From Candidatus Dormiibacterota bacterium (GTDB lineage: Bacteria; Chloroflexota; Dormibacteria; Aeolococcales; Aeolococcaceae): a stretch of DNA of 64,000 bases. Below, in pieces: positions 17,761-26,561 of this stretch; position 1 is the first letter of the stretch; every line of letters starts with the position of its first letter. The translations under genes were made by a program, and so were the position numbers. Where the stretch lies: the NCBI GenBank assembly GCA_036276135.1, contig DATBEL010000060.1, positions 3,066-67,065 on the forward strand, in the 5' to 3' direction. Below the pieces are notes generated by a model. The model was given only the letters and a program-made list of their open reading frames with translations. It made no database searches and had not been told where the DNA came from.

Positions 17761-18740
17761 CGCGCCGGCTCCGGCCACACCCTGTCGAGCACGTGCCACT
17801 GGTCGGGGTACTTGCGGATCACCGGCTCGAAGGTGGCCAGGATGTGCCGTGCCACCCGCTCGGTCTCCTGTTCGCGCGGGGCCTGCGCGTCGTAGGCGAC
17901 CTCGGGGAAGACCATGCCCTCGACGCCCCAGCTGGTGCGGCGCAGCGCGATGGGCACGACCGCCGCACCGCTGCGCATGGCGACGTCGACGACACCGAGC
18001 GGGATGGCGGCAGGACGTCCGAAGAAGGGCAGCATGGTGCCCGTGCCGGTGAGATCCCGGTCGATCGCGATGGCGATGCCGCCACCGCTGCGCAGGTGCT
18101 TGAAGACCTCGCGCATGGCCCCGGCTCCGATCCGTCGTGCCGTCTTGATGTCGCCGCTGAGCATCGCCTCGATGTCGATGGGGATGACCTTGACGCCGAG
18201 CGCCCCGCGCGCGCCCGCGATGGCCTCGAAGAGCTTCTGCGGACGGAGTTGCTCGGCGAGCAGCGCGAGGCGGCCGCCGCCGCCGTTCCATGCCGCCAGC
18301 CCCGCCTCCCAGGCCCCGAAATGCATCGAGACCACCACGACGCCCTGGCCGCGCGCCAGTGCGTCGGTGTAGTGGTGCAGGTCGACCTCGCGCAGCCGGC
18401 GCGTCGTCTGGGATGGATCGAGCGGGATGGCGATGACGTCCACCCAGCTGCGGGTGAGGTCGCGCACGTTGCGGCGGACGATGCGGCGCATCTCCGAGTC
18501 GGTGGTCTCCGGCAGCGCGTGGCGCAGGTTGTCGCGCAGCGCGTCGAACTTCCTCGGGATGGCGGCGAGGAGCACGTCGGCGACGCGGTCGGCGAGCACG
18601 AAGCTGGCGCGCCGCGGCAGGACGCGCACCAACCCCGACGCCAGCCGATATCCGTGGTACGGGAGCATCGACTCACGCCGCCGCCGCCACCAGAGAACAC
18701 GCGAACGGGCCGGGAGGGTCTCCCGGCCCGCATCGACCAC
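17757..18740 (-). CDS. lipid A biosynthesis (HtrB/LpxL)-family acyltransferase, PatA-like
   Basis: 327 aa, GTG start 14 nt after the ino1 stop. Contains VVVSMHFGAWE and a C-terminal QWHVLDRVW. The family call is supported by the neighbourhood with pimA/pgsA, as in the mycobacterial PIM locus. Confidence 0.83.
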   Translation of the reverse strand: MVDAGRETLPARSRVLWWRRRRESMLPYHGYRLASGLVRVLPRRASFVLADRVADVLLAAIPRKFDALRDNLRHALPETTDSEMRRIVRRNVRDLTRSWVDVIAIPLDPSQTTRRLREVDLHHYTDALARGQGVVVVSMHFGAWEAGLAAWNGGGGRLALLAEQLRPQKLFEAIAGARGALGVKVIPIDIEAMLSGDIKTARRIGAGAMREVFKHLRSGGGIAIAIDRDLTGTGTMLPFFGRPAAIPLGVVDVAMRSGAAVVPIALRRTSWGVEGMVFPEVAYDAQAPREQETERVARHILATFEPVIRKYPDQWHVLDRVWPEPAR

Positions 18741-18754
18741 CTTGTGACCCCGAC

Positions 18755-19912
18755 TCAGTCGGCGGCGGAGGCGACCGGCTGCGCGACCGGGTCGGTCGCA
18801 CTCATGTTCTTGTGGCCCCGACCATTGCCACCGTTGTCCGGGACGCCGGCGATGAACTGCTCGGTGAGCTCACGCGCCAGCGAATCCGACACCTGGCGGG
18901 GTGGCGACTTCATGAAGTAGCTGGACGGGCCCTCCAGCGCTCCGGACAGCCCGCGATCGATGCCCAGCTTGCAGCAGCGCACCGCGTCGATGACCACCCC
19001 GGCGCTGTTCGGTGAGTCGTGCACCTCGAGCTTGAGCTCCATGTTGAGGGGCACGTCACCGAACGACTTGCCCTCGATGCGGATGTACGCCCACTTGCGA
19101 TCGTTGAGCCACGGCACGTAATCGGACGGGCCGACATGGATGTTCCGCTCCGCCATCGGCTGGTCGAGCTGGGAGGTCACCGCGTTGGTCTTGCTGATCT
19201 TCTTGCTCTGCAGCCGTTCGCGCTCGAGCATGTTGAGGAAGTCGGTGTTGCCGCCGAAGTTGAGCTGGTACATGTTCTCGATCTCGACTCCGCGGTCGCG
19301 GAAGAGCCGGGTCAGAACGCGATGCATGATGGTCGCGCCGACCTGCGACTTGATGTCGTCACCGATGATGCAGCTCCCCGCCTTCTCGAAGCGCCTCTGC
19401 CAGTACTCCTCGCGCGCGATGAAGACGGGCATGCAGTTGACCATCGCGCAGCCCGCGGTGAGGATCTGCTCGGTGTACCAGCGGGTGGCCTCCTCACTGC
19501 CCACCGGCAGGTAGTTGACGACCACGTCGGTGTTGGTGCTCTTGAGCACCTCGACGATGTCGACGGTTGACCCGGGGGCCTTGGTGATGACCTCGGAGAG
19601 GTACTTGCCGAGACCGTCATGGGTCATGCCGCGCTGCACGGGCACGCCGAGGTGAGGCACGTCGCTGAACTTCACGGTGTTGTTCTGGCCGCTGAAGATG
19701 GCTTCGCTGACGTCCTTGCCGACCTTCTCGACGTCGATGTCGAAGGCCGCGGAGATCTCGATGTCGCTGATGTGGTACCCGCCGAGGTTGACGTGCATGA
19801 GGCCGGGCACCACAGCGTCGGCGTCGGCGTTCTTGTAGTACTCGAGGCCCTGGATGAACGACGAGGCACAGTTGCCGACGCCGATGATGGCCACTCTGAC
19901 CTTGTTGCTCAT
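18755..19912 (-). CDS. ino1: myo-inositol-1-phosphate synthase
   Basis: 385 aa. Contains [18 protein letters not shown] (NAD site), [11 protein letters not shown] and [11 protein letters not shown]. Confidence 0.95.
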   Translation of the reverse strand: MSNKVRVAIIGVGNCASSFIQGLEYYKNADADAVVPGLMHVNLGGYHISDIEISAAFDIDVEKVGKDVSEAIFSGQNNTVKFSDVPHLGVPVQRGMTHDGLGKYLSEVITKAPGSTVDIVEVLKSTNTDVVVNYLPVGSEEATRWYTEQILTAGCAMVNCMPVFIAREEYWQRRFEKAGSCIIGDDIKSQVGATIMHRVLTRLFRDRGVEIENMYQLNFGGNTDFLNMLERERLQSKKISKTNAVTSQLDQPMAERNIHVGPSDYVPWLNDRKWAYIRIEGKSFGDVPLNMELKLEVHDSPNSAGVVIDAVRCCKLGIDRGLSGALEGPSSYFMKSPPRQVSDSLARELTEQFIAGVPDNGGNGRGHKNMSATDPVAQPVASAAD

Positions 19913-20319
19913 GAGATTCCCTCACTGATTGGCTGGACACTCTGGGCGAGCGCGTCGCTGCCCGCATCGGTGCGCGCGGAGACGAGGCGGACGAAAGCGT
20001 GGAGGTGCGCGGCGATGGCGTCGCGATCGAGGCGGCAGAACACCTCACGGCCGTCACGCCTGGTTCGGATGATCTCAGCCTTGCGCAGGATGCGCAGGTG
20101 CCAGCTCATCCGCGGCTGCGACACCATGCAGAGGTCGGCGAGCTCGCTGACGCGCATCTCGACGGTTCCGGCCAGGCTTTCGACGATGCGGAGCCGGGTG
20201 GGGTTGGCGAGGCCCTCGAAGGCGACCGAGAGGTCGCTGGCGCCGGCTGCGATGCTCCCGGGGATGGCGCGCCGGACGGCCCGGCGGGCGGGGTCGGGAG
20301 CGCGAACAGGTACTTGCAT
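19909..20319 (-). CDS. ArsR/SmtB-family transcriptional regulator
   Basis: HTH signature [48 protein letters not shown]. The stop overlaps the ino1 ATG as ATGA. ATG 20319 is preferred, because the extra 11 codons of the ORF-track start are AT-rich and atypical for this genome. Confidence 0.85.
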   Translation of the reverse strand: MQVPVRAPDPARRAVRRAIPGSIAAGASDLSVAFEGLANPTRLRIVESLAGTVEMRVSELADLCMVSQPRMSWHLRILRKAEIIRTRRDGREVFCRLDRDAIAAHLHAFVRLVSARTDAGSDALAQSVQPISEGIS

Positions 20320-20325
20320 AACGTT

Positions 20326-20340
20326 TCCTTTGATAAAGGA
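20326..20340. promoter_or_regulatory. candidate operator: palindrome TCCTTT-GAT-AAAGGA in an AT-rich patch just upstream of the ArsR-family gene
   Basis: A 6-bp perfect inverted repeat with a 3-nt spacer, read directly. It is embedded in one of the few AT-rich stretches of the window (20311-20350). Confidence 0.4.
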
Positions 20341-20344
20341 TACA

Positions 20345-20569
20345 TTATGCATCGACCTCCGCGTCGAGCTGGGGCTGATCCGTTGCGGAAGCCACCTCCT
20401 CAGGCGGATGGAGACGGTCGGCCGCCTCGGCGCCGGCGTCGCTCGACGGCAGGATCAGCTGGAGCAGTGCCAGCACCCCGGCACAGACCAGCGCCACCAC
20501 GAGGAACCCGGCGGCGCCGAGGCCGAGAAAGAGCAGGACGTCGATCGCGGAGACAGCGAGGCCGGGCAC
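20345..20569 (-). CDS. hypothetical small membrane protein (74 aa)
   Basis: GTG start, high third-position GC and one long hydrophobic segment (IDVLLFLGLGAAGFLVVALVCAGVLALLQLIL). No clear SD. Confidence 0.3.
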   Translation of the reverse strand: MPGLAVSAIDVLLFLGLGAAGFLVVALVCAGVLALLQLILPSSDAGAEAADRLHPPEEVASATDQPQLDAEVDA

Positions 20570-20622
20570 GGCTGCACCATGGCAGAGACGGCTGCGGTGC
20601 CGACCCTGCGTACGATGCCGGC

Positions 20623-21165
20623 GTGAGTGAGGCGCGCCCGGCGTCGCCGGCGCCGGTTGGCGAGGGGGATCGGCGCGGCGGTGGAAGGGTTGTCTTCCGG
20701 GCGCGCCGCCCCGCTGTGCTGGTGATCCCGCTGGCGGCTGTCACCGAGACGGCCGGGGTGCTCTTCCTGCTCAACGGCGCAACCATCGGCTGGTTCGTGT
20801 GTGCCGCTCCCGCCGTCGCCCTCGTCGCCACCGGGCTGGTCCTGCGACCCAGCCTCGAGCTCACCCGCGAGGGCCTGCTGCAGCGGCAATACCCGTTCAG
20901 CAGCCTCACCCGCTGGGAGGTGATCGACGCCATGGGGATCACCCGCGCCGGCAACCGGGTGGTGCTCGCCTACCGCCTGGTGGCCGGCATCCCCCCGCCG
21001 CGCCGGCAGCCGGCGGCCTCGCTTCTGCGGGCGGCGCAGCGTCCGTACGACGGTGGCTACTTCGTCGATTCGCTGGTGGGCGACCCGGACCGCATCCTTG
21101 CCACCGTCGAGGAGTACCGGGCCAGCCCAGAGCTGCGCGCCGCGTTGCCGCACGCCCAGCGCTGA
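20623..21165 (+). CDS. hypothetical membrane protein (two N-terminal helices plus a PH-like soluble domain)
   Basis: Only the 3' part of ORF 19999..21165 does not overlap the ArsR/ino1 region. It starts at GTG 20623 and has high GC3. Family is uncertain. Confidence 0.5.
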   Translation: MSEARPASPAPVGEGDRRGGGRVVFRARRPAVLVIPLAAVTETAGVLFLLNGATIGWFVCAAPAVALVATGLVLRPSLELTREGLLQRQYPFSSLTRWEVIDAMGITRAGNRVVLAYRLVAGIPPPRRQPAASLLRAAQRPYDGGYFVDSLVGDPDRILATVEEYRASPELRAALPHAQR

Positions 21166-21169
21166 GGCG

Positions 21170-22210
21170 TCACGCGCCGAGCGTACGCAAAGCGTCGAGG
21201 TAGGTGGCGCCAACCTTCACTGATTCGAACCGGTCCGTCAGCCCGGGGTTGACGGCGGCCGCGGCCTGCGCAACCGCGGGATCCAGCGACGCGGAGATGG
21301 CGCCGGCCAGCGCGGCCACGTCGCCGACGTCGACCTGCTCGGCGATGGCGCCCGCGCAGAGCTCGGCGACGGCGGGGGCCGCCGCCACCACCAGCGGCAG
21401 CCCGGAGGCCAGGCCCTCGACGACGGAGTACCCGAAGGTCTCGTGCGCGCTCGCCGACACCAGGAGGTCGGCCCGCGCGTACATCGCCCGCACGCGTTCC
21501 GGAGCGACGTGGCCGTGGATGCGCACCCCGTCGACGCCGGCCGCAGCGCGCCGCAGCGACGGGCCCGCCGGACCGTCACCCGCGATGTCGAGCAACGCAT
21601 GGCGATGGACCCGCCGGACCGCGGGCCACGCGGCGACCACATCGGCTACCCGTTTGCGCGCGTACAGGTGGGCGACGATCAGCGCCCGCCGGCCCTCGCG
21701 CCCGGCCGCGGGCGCTGCCGACCGCCATCGCGCCGTAGCGAAGGGCTCGGGGATCACCTCGATGCGCGACCAGGGCACGCCGAAATCGTCGTGCACCACA
21801 CCGGCCGCGAAACGCGACGGAACCAGCACGAGCGAGGCGGCGACGGCTGACCGCCGTTCCAGGGCCGCATGGCGGTGCAGCAGCAGCCGGGTGACGCCCC
21901 CCTCGTGGGCCATGACGCTGCCATACAGCGCCTTCGGCAGGGCCACGAAGGGAAGGCGGCCGCGAGCTGCCATGACCTGACCGTCGCCGCCGATGCCCAG
22001 CGCAACGTCGTACATCGACGCGTCACACCATGCCGTGCGGTTGAAACGGGCGCGGGCCACGCCATGGCCGAGCGCGTTCTCGCCACCGCGAAAGACGGTC
22101 AGCTGCACGCCGTTGAGCAGGAATGCCTCAACCAGGTTGGCGGCGGCCACGGCGGTGCCCGATCCGCGGCGGATGTCGGCGGCCTCGCTGGTGAGCAGGG
22201 CAGGGTGCAT
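21170..22210 (-). CDS. GT4-family glycosyltransferase
   Basis: ORF 21170..22498 trimmed to ATG 22210 (MHPALLTSEAADIRRGSG). EX7E-type motif HETFGYSVVEGLASG. Confidence 0.8.
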   Translation of the reverse strand: MHPALLTSEAADIRRGSGTAVAAANLVEAFLLNGVQLTVFRGGENALGHGVARARFNRTAWCDASMYDVALGIGGDGQVMAARGRLPFVALPKALYGSVMAHEGGVTRLLLHRHAALERRSAVAASLVLVPSRFAAGVVHDDFGVPWSRIEVIPEPFATARWRSAAPAAGREGRRALIVAHLYARKRVADVVAAWPAVRRVHRHALLDIAGDGPAGPSLRRAAAGVDGVRIHGHVAPERVRAMYARADLLVSASAHETFGYSVVEGLASGLPLVVAAAPAVAELCAGAIAEQVDVGDVAALAGAISASLDPAVAQAAAAVNPGLTDRFESVKVGATYLDALRTLGA

Positions 22211-22229
22211 TCGCCGAGAATAGGCGGCC

Positions 22230-23342
22230 ATGAGCCGCGCAGCCGCGCCAACGCTGCGCCGGCGCGCAACCGCCGACGACGCCGGCATGCGCATCGCGCT
22301 GCACCGCCTGCTCAACGCGGTGGACCGTGAGTTGGAACGGCGCCGCATCGATGCCGACCTCGAGCCGGCACGCGACGCTCCGGTGGACATCGCCCGTCTC
22401 AGCTCGCTGCGACGCGGCCTGCCGGACCTCGCGGCGCTCAGCGCCAACGCCCTGCGCCGCCTTGCCGCGGTCGACAGCGCAGACGTCACCAGGACCATCC
22501 GGGCTGCGTCCGACCTGCTGTCAGCTCACGCTGACCTGGCCGCCAGGCGGCGCCACGGCGACGCTTCAGTCGATGACTTCGGTTTCGACCGTGAGTGGAC
22601 GGAGACACTGGAGCCGCTGTCGGCATGGGTGTACCGACACTGGTGGCGGGTGCGGGCCATCGGCGTCGAGAACGTGCCCGCCACCGGCCGGGCACTGCTG
22701 GTATCGAACCACGCGGGTGTCGTCCCCTACGACGGCGCCATGGTCCGCACCGCCCTCCTGCTCGAGCACAGCCGGCCACGGCACGCACGCGCGCTGGTGC
22801 TCAATGGCCTGTTCGCGATGCCGGGCGCGTCCTGGTTGATGCGCCGCACCGGGAACACCCTCGCGCACGACGCCGATGCACGCATGCTGCTCGAGCGTGA
22901 CGAGCTGGTGCTGGTGTTCCCCGAAGGCGTCAAGGGGACGGGCAAGGCGTACGCCGACCGCTATCGCCTGCGCCGTTTCGGCCGCGGCGGCTTCGTGGAG
23001 GTGGCGTTGCAGACCGGCAGCCCGATCGTCCCGGTCAGCATCGTGGGCAGCGAGGAGATCCACCCCAACCTCGCCGAAATCCCCGGTGCCGCAAAGCTTC
23101 TCGGGCTTCCGTACCTGCCGGTGACCCCCACCTTCCCGTGGCTCGGACCCGCCGGGCTGATCCCGTTGCCATCCTCGTGGATCATCGAGTTCCATCCACC
23201 GATCGATGTCGCCGCGAAGAGCGCTGACGACGCCGCCGAACCGAGCCGCGTGCTCGGCATCTCCGACCGGGTGCGCGACGTCATCCAGGCGGGCGTGTAC
23301 CGCAATCTGCAGCGGAGGCAGTCGATTTTTGCGCTATCCTAG
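22230..23342 (+). CDS. PlsC-family (lysophospholipid/glycerol-3-phosphate) acyltransferase
   Basis: Contains LLVSNHAGVVPYDG, VLVFPEGVKGTGK and IVPVSIVGSEE. The start could be later (ATG at residue 20). Confidence 0.83.
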   Translation: MSRAAAPTLRRRATADDAGMRIALHRLLNAVDRELERRRIDADLEPARDAPVDIARLSSLRRGLPDLAALSANALRRLAAVDSADVTRTIRAASDLLSAHADLAARRRHGDASVDDFGFDREWTETLEPLSAWVYRHWWRVRAIGVENVPATGRALLVSNHAGVVPYDGAMVRTALLLEHSRPRHARALVLNGLFAMPGASWLMRRTGNTLAHDADARMLLERDELVLVFPEGVKGTGKAYADRYRLRRFGRGGFVEVALQTGSPIVPVSIVGSEEIHPNLAEIPGAAKLLGLPYLPVTPTFPWLGPAGLIPLPSSWIIEFHPPIDVAAKSADDAAEPSRVLGISDRVRDVIQAGVYRNLQRRQSIFALS

Positions 23343-23348
23343 CGCGCC

Positions 23349-23421
23349 CCCAGGGTAGCCAAGCGGCTAAGGCAGCGGTCTGTAAAACCGTGTATCGATG
23401 GTTCGAATCCATCCCCTGGGA
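23349..23421 (+). tRNA. tRNA with GTA anticodon (tRNA-Tyr by anticodon); 73 nt, 5-nt variable loop, C1:G72, A73, no encoded CCA
   Basis: Hand-folded cloverleaf: CCCAGGG TA GCCA AGCGGCTA AGGC A GCGGT CTGTAAA ACCGT GTATC GATGG TTCGAAT CCATC CCCTGGG A. All stems pair, with one G-U and one A-A at 13:22. Confidence 0.9.
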
Positions 23422-23448
23422 CGGCTGCGCCGCGTTCGGCATCTGGCG

Positions 23449-23724
23449 TCAGAAGTTGCGGTCTTCGGTTGTCGTGGTCGTGGTTGTGCCGGGCGCAACC
23501 GGCGCGCCGGGAGCCACTGACGTGGTGCTGGTGCGGCTCCGGCCACCGAATCCGCCCCACGAGGACCAGAAGAACATCGACAGCAGCGTCCCAAGGGCGC
23601 CGACGATGAGAAGGATGATGCCGATCGTGTGCAGGTTGACCCCGCTGCCTGTCGTGTCGATGCTGACCGCGAAGGCCAGGATCGCGCCCACCGCGATCAA
23701 GAGGATCCCAACTCCGATACCCAT
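23449..23724 (-). CDS. small two-helix membrane protein (DUF6458-like)
   Basis: ATG 23724 gives MGIGVGILLIAVGAILAFAV...VNLHTIGIILLIVGALGTLL, followed by a Gly/Ser/Thr-rich tail. Confidence 0.68.
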   Translation of the reverse strand: MGIGVGILLIAVGAILAFAVSIDTTGSGVNLHTIGIILLIVGALGTLLSMFFWSSWGGFGGRSRTSTTSVAPGAPVAPGTTTTTTTEDRNF

Positions 23725-23827
23725 GGCGATGCGCCTCCATAACACGGGGTGAACGCCCACCCTACAGCGATACCGGCTCGCCCTGTGCCCGGCGGCGCAC
23801 CGACCGCGCCGGCCGCCGGCGCGGATG

Positions 23828-24871
23828 TCAGGGAGTCAGCACCACCTTCATCGCCTCGCGCGCGGCGAACAGCTCGTAGCCGCGCACCGCGTCCTCCAGC
23901 GCCATCCGGTGGGAGATGATCGACGCGGGGTTGGCGGCGCCGGACGCGATCAGGGCCAGCGCATCGTCCCAGCGTCCGACGACGTTGGCGGTGCCGCAGA
24001 ACTTGAGATCGATGCCCTTGACGAAGGTGAGGTTGAGCGGGAACTCCATCTCGGGCTCGGAGTAGACGCCGATGACGCTGATCCTCCCCCCGGCGCGGAC
24101 GATGTCGATCGAGCCGGCAAGGGCCGGGATCGCCCCGACACATTCGAGGAGCACGTCCGCGCCCCGCCCGCCGGTGTGGTCCTGGATGTGGCTCGGGACG
24201 TGCACCGCAGACGCGTCGACGGGCACGGCGCCGAAGCCCTGGGCCATCTCGAGACGCTGCGCGACCGTGTCGACGGCGTAGATGACGGACGGTTTGAAGG
24301 TGCGGGCTGCCTGCACCGCCATCAGTCCCACCGGCCCACAGCCCTGCACCACCACGACGTCGCCCTCTTCGATGCGCGCCTCGACCGCGCAGTCGTACCC
24401 CGTGGTGAAGATGTCGCCCGCGAACAGCACGGTCTCGTCGCTCAATGAGTCGTCGACGACGCGCAGACAGATGTCGGCGTTGGGCACGCGCACATACTCC
24501 GCCTGCCCGCCGTTGAGGTCGCCCAGGAACATGCCGTAGCCGAAGACACGCTGGTCGGGGCAGCGGCTGAACAACCTCTTGGCGCAGAACCAGCACACGC
24601 CGCACGGGATCATGAACGAGGCGAGCACCCGGTCGCCCGGCTTGACCGAGCGCACGTCCGGCCCTGCCACCTCCACCACCCCGACGAACTCGTGGCCGAG
24701 CACACCACCGGCGGTCATCCCCGGGATGCGCCCGTGCAAGACATGGAGGTCACTGCCACAGATCGCGGTGGTGGTGACCCGGAGCACGACGTCGGTCGGC
24801 TCCTCGATCGCGGGTCGGGGGACGTCGGCCATCTCGACCCGCCCGATGTCGACGAACGTCAGTGCGCGCAT
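23828..24871 (-). CDS. zinc-dependent alcohol/formaldehyde dehydrogenase family (MDR)
   Basis: ORF trimmed to ATG 24871 (MRALTF...). Contains CGSDLH, GHEFVGVV, the structural-zinc CGVCWFCAKRLFSRC and the Rossmann GCGPVG. Confidence 0.9.
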   Translation of the reverse strand: MRALTFVDIGRVEMADVPRPAIEEPTDVVLRVTTTAICGSDLHVLHGRIPGMTAGGVLGHEFVGVVEVAGPDVRSVKPGDRVLASFMIPCGVCWFCAKRLFSRCPDQRVFGYGMFLGDLNGGQAEYVRVPNADICLRVVDDSLSDETVLFAGDIFTTGYDCAVEARIEEGDVVVVQGCGPVGLMAVQAARTFKPSVIYAVDTVAQRLEMAQGFGAVPVDASAVHVPSHIQDHTGGRGADVLLECVGAIPALAGSIDIVRAGGRISVIGVYSEPEMEFPLNLTFVKGIDLKFCGTANVVGRWDDALALIASGAANPASIISHRMALEDAVRGYELFAAREAMKVVLTP

Positions 24872-24908
24872 CAACAAATTCCTCCAGCCGGCGGCGTCAC
24901 CGGTCCTC

Positions 24909-25196
24909 TCAGCTCTCGTTCTCTGCAGCGCGACGTTGGGTGACCCGGTCGCGCAGGGACTCGTCGATCTCGCCCTTCTGCCCGGCCTCACGTCGCAACC
25001 AGAACGGCAGGCCCTCGGCATCATGCTCGGCGGCCCGGCGGCGGATCTCGATGAGGCTCCGCAACGCCTCCTCCACCGTGGTCTGCAACGGCTCGTCGCC
25101 CCCCTTCAGCTGGACCACGATGTCGTCAGGGATGACCACGGTGTTGGTCGGGGGCGGCGGCGGGGCGGGTTTGAACAAGCGGCCCAGCCAGGACAT
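24909..25196 (-). CDS. hypothetical protein (95 aa)
   Basis: ATG start, high GC3, 37 nt upstream of the dehydrogenase gene on the same strand. No family recognised. Confidence 0.5.
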   Translation of the reverse strand: MSWLGRLFKPAPPPPPTNTVVIPDDIVVQLKGGDEPLQTTVEEALRSLIEIRRRAAEHDAEGLPFWLRREAGQKGEIDESLRDRVTQRRAAENES

Positions 25197-25278
25197 GGCG
25201 CGAGTGTAGCGGTCGCCAGGCGTCGATCTGGCTGCGAACGGCCGCCGGACGTCCTCCCGTTGGCGCTACGCTGCAGGC

Positions 25279-25896
25279 ATGGCGACCAAGACCGCAGCCC
25301 GTACCAAAGTGCAGATGGAATGGACGGGCAACGCGGAGGCGGACGCCCTGGTGGCGCGGGATCCGCTGGCACTCCTCATCGGCTTCTGTCTCGATCAGCA
25401 GATCCCGGTCGAGAAGGCGTTCCTTGGCCCTCTCGACATCAAGCGCCGCCTGGGGACGCTCGACGCGCGACGGCTTGCCGCCATCGAGCCCGGTCGCTTC
25501 GAGGCGGCATTCCGCGAGCGCCCGGCGATCCACCGTTTCCCGGCGAGCATGGCCTCACGGGTCCACGCCCTGTGCGCCGTCGTCGCCAACGAGTACGGCA
25601 ACGACGCCGCCGCCATCTGGACGGGCGCCCGCGATTCCGCCGACCTGCTCGCCCGCCTGCGTGCGCTGCCAGGCTTCGGTGAGATGAAGGCGCGCATCGT
25701 GCTCGGCGTGGTCGGCAAGCACCTCAATGTGAAGCCCGAAGGCTGGGAGGCGCTCGCCCCCGACTACCCGACGCTCGCCGATGTGCACACCGTGGCCGAG
25801 CGCGAGGAGTACCAGGCGGGCAAGCGAGCGTGGAAAGCGGCGATGCGCGCCGAGGCGGGCAGCGCCACCCCGGCAAGCGGCAGGCGGCGTGGCTGA
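25279..25896 (+). CDS. HhH-GPD-type base-excision-repair-like protein
   Basis: 205 aa. LIGFCLDQQIPVEKAF ... LRALPGFGEMKARIVL shows the helix-hairpin-helix GFG motif. Confidence 0.75.
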   Translation: MATKTAARTKVQMEWTGNAEADALVARDPLALLIGFCLDQQIPVEKAFLGPLDIKRRLGTLDARRLAAIEPGRFEAAFRERPAIHRFPASMASRVHALCAVVANEYGNDAAAIWTGARDSADLLARLRALPGFGEMKARIVLGVVGKHLNVKPEGWEALAPDYPTLADVHTVAEREEYQAGKRAWKAAMRAEAGSATPASGRRRG

Positions 25897-26542
25897 CCTC
25901 ACCGTCCACGAGGCGGGAGGCGTCCGGATCGTCAGGGTCGGGCCGATGGGTCCCTACGGGAACAACGCGTACATCGTTCGCGACGTGCAGGCCGGGGTGT
26001 CGCTGCTCGTCGACATGCCCTTGGAGGAGGGGCCGCTGCTCGAAGCCATCGCCGCCGAGGGAGGCGTTCAGCGCGTGATCGCCACCCACTGGCATCCCGA
26101 CCACTGGGCGACGTACGACGCGGTGCGCGCCGCCACGGGCGCGCCTGTGCACGTCGGCGCCGCCGAGGTGAACATCCCTGAGGAGCGCATCGACGGGCGC
26201 CTCGACGACGGTGCCGAGGTGCGGGTCGGGTCGGTGCGGGTCGACGTCCTGCTCACCCCGGGCCACACGCCAGGCAGCATCTCGCTGCGGGTGGGCGATG
26301 CGCTGATCAGCGGCGACACGTTGTTCCGTGGTGGCCCGGGCAAGACATTCGCCGCCGGCGACCTCGAGACCATCGTCGCCAGCATCGAGGCCCGGTTGCT
26401 GCCCCTGCCGCCGGAAACGGTGGTGCTTCCCGGGCACGGCGCCGACACCACCATCGACGCCAGCCGGCGCGGGGTTGCGGCCTACCGCCGCTCGCCGAAG
26501 CCCGCCGGTTTCTTCGGCGACGTGGAGTGGCCGGCCGGCTGA
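25889..26542 (+). CDS. MBL-fold metallo-hydrolase
   Basis: GTG 25889 overlaps the upstream stop by 8 nt. Contains THWHPDH (HxHxDH), TPGHTPG and PGHG. Confidence 0.85.
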   Translation: MADLTVHEAGGVRIVRVGPMGPYGNNAYIVRDVQAGVSLLVDMPLEEGPLLEAIAAEGGVQRVIATHWHPDHWATYDAVRAATGAPVHVGAAEVNIPEERIDGRLDDGAEVRVGSVRVDVLLTPGHTPGSISLRVGDALISGDTLFRGGPGKTFAAGDLETIVASIEARLLPLPPETVVLPGHGADTTIDASRRGVAAYRRSPKPAGFFGDVEWPAG

Positions 26543-26561
26543 GCCAGGCCCGGCGACAGGG

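Noticed and set aside
23349-23421. Calling this tRNA tRNA-Cys because its D-arm and anticodon arm look Cys-like
   Set aside because: The anticodon loop reads CTGTAAA (GTA, not GCA) and the discriminator is A, not the U73 expected for tRNA-Cys. I therefore call it by anticodon and flag the oddity as a finding instead.
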